Shown: positions 61,302 through 64,000 of the stretch, in pieces
Layout of the letters: each line of letters starts with the position of its first letter
How positions within the stretch are numbered: position 1 is the first letter of the stretch
Assembly: GCF_038025025.1 (NCBI RefSeq)
Contig: NW_027117342.1
Location: forward strand, 2,294,001-2,358,000
DNA length: 64,000 bases
Direction of reading: 5' to 3'
Source: Phyllosticta citribraziliensis
Lineage: Eukaryota
The notes under the pieces: generated by a model
The model's input: only the letters and a program-made list of their open reading frames with translations
Database searches by the model: none
Told to the model about the DNA's origin: nothing
Translations under genes and position numbers: made by a program

Positions 61302-64000
61302 TATCACGACTCGCAGATTTCTTGTTATACAGGTAAGGGCTAAAGGTGAACTGCTAGAGAATACATATATATCTTAATTAAATCTAATAAGTTAAAAGAA
61401 TAAAATATAAAAGATACTTACTACCTATATATTTCCTAGTCCTTCCTTTATACTATTCTACCTCTTATCCTTTATATAAGGGTCCTTGGTTATTATTAGG
61501 TGAGTTATAAAGGTAAGGTGTTAATAGGCTGTTATATAGTATCTACCTAGGGCTGTAGTGGCTAGTACCAGGCTATAGTAGCTAGTACTAGCCTATAGGT
61601 TTCAGCCTAAGCTGTAGTAGGCTGCTACCTAAGGTGAGGCTTGTGCTTCTTATAACTGCGCGATACTAGGTTTGTCTATACTGGCCCTAGTACTTATATA
61701 GGTATATATACGCCTATTATGACATGCCCCCCCTAAAGAGAAGCTAAAATTATAGGAATTAGCAGCTGTAGGCGCTTGCGCAGGTATAGACTTGTGATAT
61801 ATAATAGTAGTAATTTGGCAATTTAAGCGTTCTATATAGTTATAAAGTATAATTATTAGTCTAGGGCTACTACTATACTATCTCTTTTTCTATTACTATC
61901 TCTTTTGCCGCGTGACCTATAGAAGGTTACTATCTTACTTAGCTATATCTAAAGCTCCCTATTAAAGTATGTTGTTACCCCAGTCTAATTTAGCTATAAT
62001 CTAGTAAACTAACTATTACGCGTAAAGGTTCTAATAATTTAAATAATTTATACCCTACTAATAGTAAAGCAGATATTCCTAGCTGCTGTATACTTAATAC
62101 ATCTACTACTTATTATGGTCTAGTCTGTTAGGACTTATTACTATTATATAAGAGTTATAGTATTAAGTTATTATTATGCGGCGTTATTCGCGATCTATTG
62201 CAGTTACTACTTACTTAAAGAGCTGTTTTAGCTAGCAGTATCTATAAGGACTATTATATAGAGTCCTAAGGTAAGTAAACTTTAATTCTATCTCTAACTA
62301 TTACTAATTATTATCTAGGCTATCAAGTAGCATTATATATCTAGGTTTTACTACTTTATCATCCTATCTTGCCAACTAATATAATTATAGAGGAGGACAC
62401 TTATATAAAGACTTAGTCAGGCTAGGCTTTACTTATTTAGCTAGGAATAGCTATAGGCTTATTACTTTACCTATAGTATACTATAGTATTAGGTTCTACT
62501 TAATCAGCATTATTAGTTATCGCGCGAGGTTTATCATCTATAGCTATACAGCCTACTACTAACTAGCCTATTATACTATATCACTACTGGTTCGCTATTG
62601 CACAGCCTGTTTTAGAGGAAGAAGGTAAAGAGCCTACTTATATATACTATTATTATAATCCTGTAGCTTATCAGGTTCTAGCAGCTAAGTACTTACTGCC
62701 TGCTGCTTTATATAATAGCAGTAATAGTAAGATTCGCGTTATAGTGTCACTAGTTAGCTCTAATAAGGCACCTATTAAGTAGGACTTTAAGTCAATACTT
62801 TACATCCCTTATAAGAATATAGAGAGTGTCGCGCGAGTAAGTTTATCTTACTAATATAAGGGATTCTTATCTAACTAATTATATAGGTGCGCCTTAGTAG
62901 TTCTAAAGTACAAGAGCGCGCTAAATATATCTTGGCCTTAGGTAATAGTATACCTTACTTATATATTATAGTTTCTACTTAGCAATTTAACTACTTATTA
63001 GTTAAAACTTAAGCTAGCTTGCGCGATACTTTTCTTATCTAGTATACTAGAATTAATAACCCTGTCAGCTATACTAAGTATTATAATAATACTAATACTT
63101 ATGTGTTTATTAGTTATTACTACCTGCCTAGTTTCTTATAGGGCCGCTGTACTAACTACCTTTAAGGTACAGGCAACCTTAACTATACTATAAGTGACTT
63201 AAAGGGTGCCAAGCCGCCTACTTATTATAAGAGGCATGAAGATAAAATTTATATAGAGGAGTTCTAGAACTTGCGCTACTAAGCTAGGGTAGAGGATTAA
63301 ACTAATTAGGCTTTAGCTAAATAGGACATCCTACCTAATAAGCTAGAAGATCTAGAGGAGACTATCTTATATAATAATAGTTATAATAAGAAGAAGGGAA
63401 AAGGATAGAAGTAAAGGGTAGAAAGTAAAGAAGAGGGAAGTAGGGAATAAGTAGTAAAAAGAAGAGACTAGAGAGTAGAAGTTAAGGTTAATAGTATTTA
63501 TATAAGGGTAGATAGTAAACTAATTAGTCTACTTTCTATATCTTTATAATATTTACTATAGGCCTAAGTGACTTGTTTTATTATTACTTTCTATTTTAAT
63601 CTATAGTTCTTCTTAGAGGAAGGCAGTCTTCTATTTTTCTAGATTTTTTAGTAGTCCTGCTATAGTAGGGTGTAATGAGTGGAATTCTTTAATTTTCTAT
63701 AGTACACTACTAAAAGAACTTATATTATACTACTAGTTATCTTAGTCATATCTAGTCTATTTAACTTAGTATTAAAGCTTTCTATATAAGACTTGACTAG
63801 CTTAAATATGGTCTACTTCCTACTTAGGCTCGTCTTAAATAATCTTAGGTTCTAGTTTAGTATATTCTTAACTAGGAAGCTGTTCTATTTCAGCCTTATA
63901 TAGCCTATTAGTATAGAAAAGGTTGACCATCTTTATATATAAGGGAAGATTAAGGATGTAGAAGGGTCCTTCTATTCCTATAATCTTAAAAGGTCTAGTA
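61302..64000 (-). mobile_element. Second, less-RIPed family D element: 423-bp 3' LTR (61302-61724), PPT, accessory gene, chromodomain/integrase end; continues past window
   Basis: T(A)TCACGAC...TATGACA termini. The adjacent tgccccccctaaagagaag is a PPT on minus. Homologous to 51940-52630. Confidence 0.88.
61945..63414 (+). pseudogene. Antisense, intron-containing accessory gene of family D with DUF3716-like Cys cluster
   Basis: Intron-like segments 61967-62027 (GTATGT..CTAAC..AAG), 62271-62318 (GTAAGT..CTAAT..TAG) and 62837-62886 (GTAAGT..CTAAC..TAG). The last exon de-RIPs to C-A-K-C...F-I-G-C..LPGF..G-R-C-A-N-C...C with a KKKGKGRK* tail. Confidence 0.68.

Larger units (their letters stand above)
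21900..64000. other. RIP-mutated AT-rich heterochromatin-like block of nested transposon relics
   Basis: Abrupt switch to TpA-saturated sequence almost lacking CA, TG and CG. The ORF track has no entries beyond 21708. Repeat copies differ almost only by C/T and G/A transitions. Confidence 0.97.

Noticed and set aside
21900..64000. Mitochondrial insertion or AT-rich contaminant contig
   Set aside because: The specific loss of CA/TG/CG, transition-only differences between copies and recognisable retroelement motifs indicate RIPed nuclear repeats.

Overview
Filamentous ascomycete (Pezizomycotina, probably Dothideomycete-like) nuclear DNA with two sharply separated compartments. Bases 1-~21.9 kb are GC-balanced and carry spliced genes: the 3' end of a Nic96-like nucleoporin, the UPR regulator hac1/hacA (with its 20-nt Ire1 intron and a uORF), a BTB protein, an Ish1/Msc1-family protein, several hypotheticals (one possibly CENP-P/Ctf19-like) and a ToxD/LovC-like enoyl reductase. 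Bases ~21.9-64 kb are a gene-free, very AT-rich block mutated by RIP (CpA/TpG and CpG almost eliminated). It consists of nested transposon relics: a Tad1-like LINE fragment and at least five Ty3/Gypsy LTR families, named A, C, D, E and F here for convenience. Reading the relics while reversing C>T/G>A changes suggests three of the LTR families carry accessory genes. Family A has a PhyH-like 2OG-Fe(II) dioxygenase ORF just upstream of its 3' LTR and inserts at CTAG. Family D has an antisense, intron-containing DUF3716-like gene. Family C has a long extra 3' ORF. All de-RIP translations are manual inferences and all family assignments are from motif recognition, not database searches.
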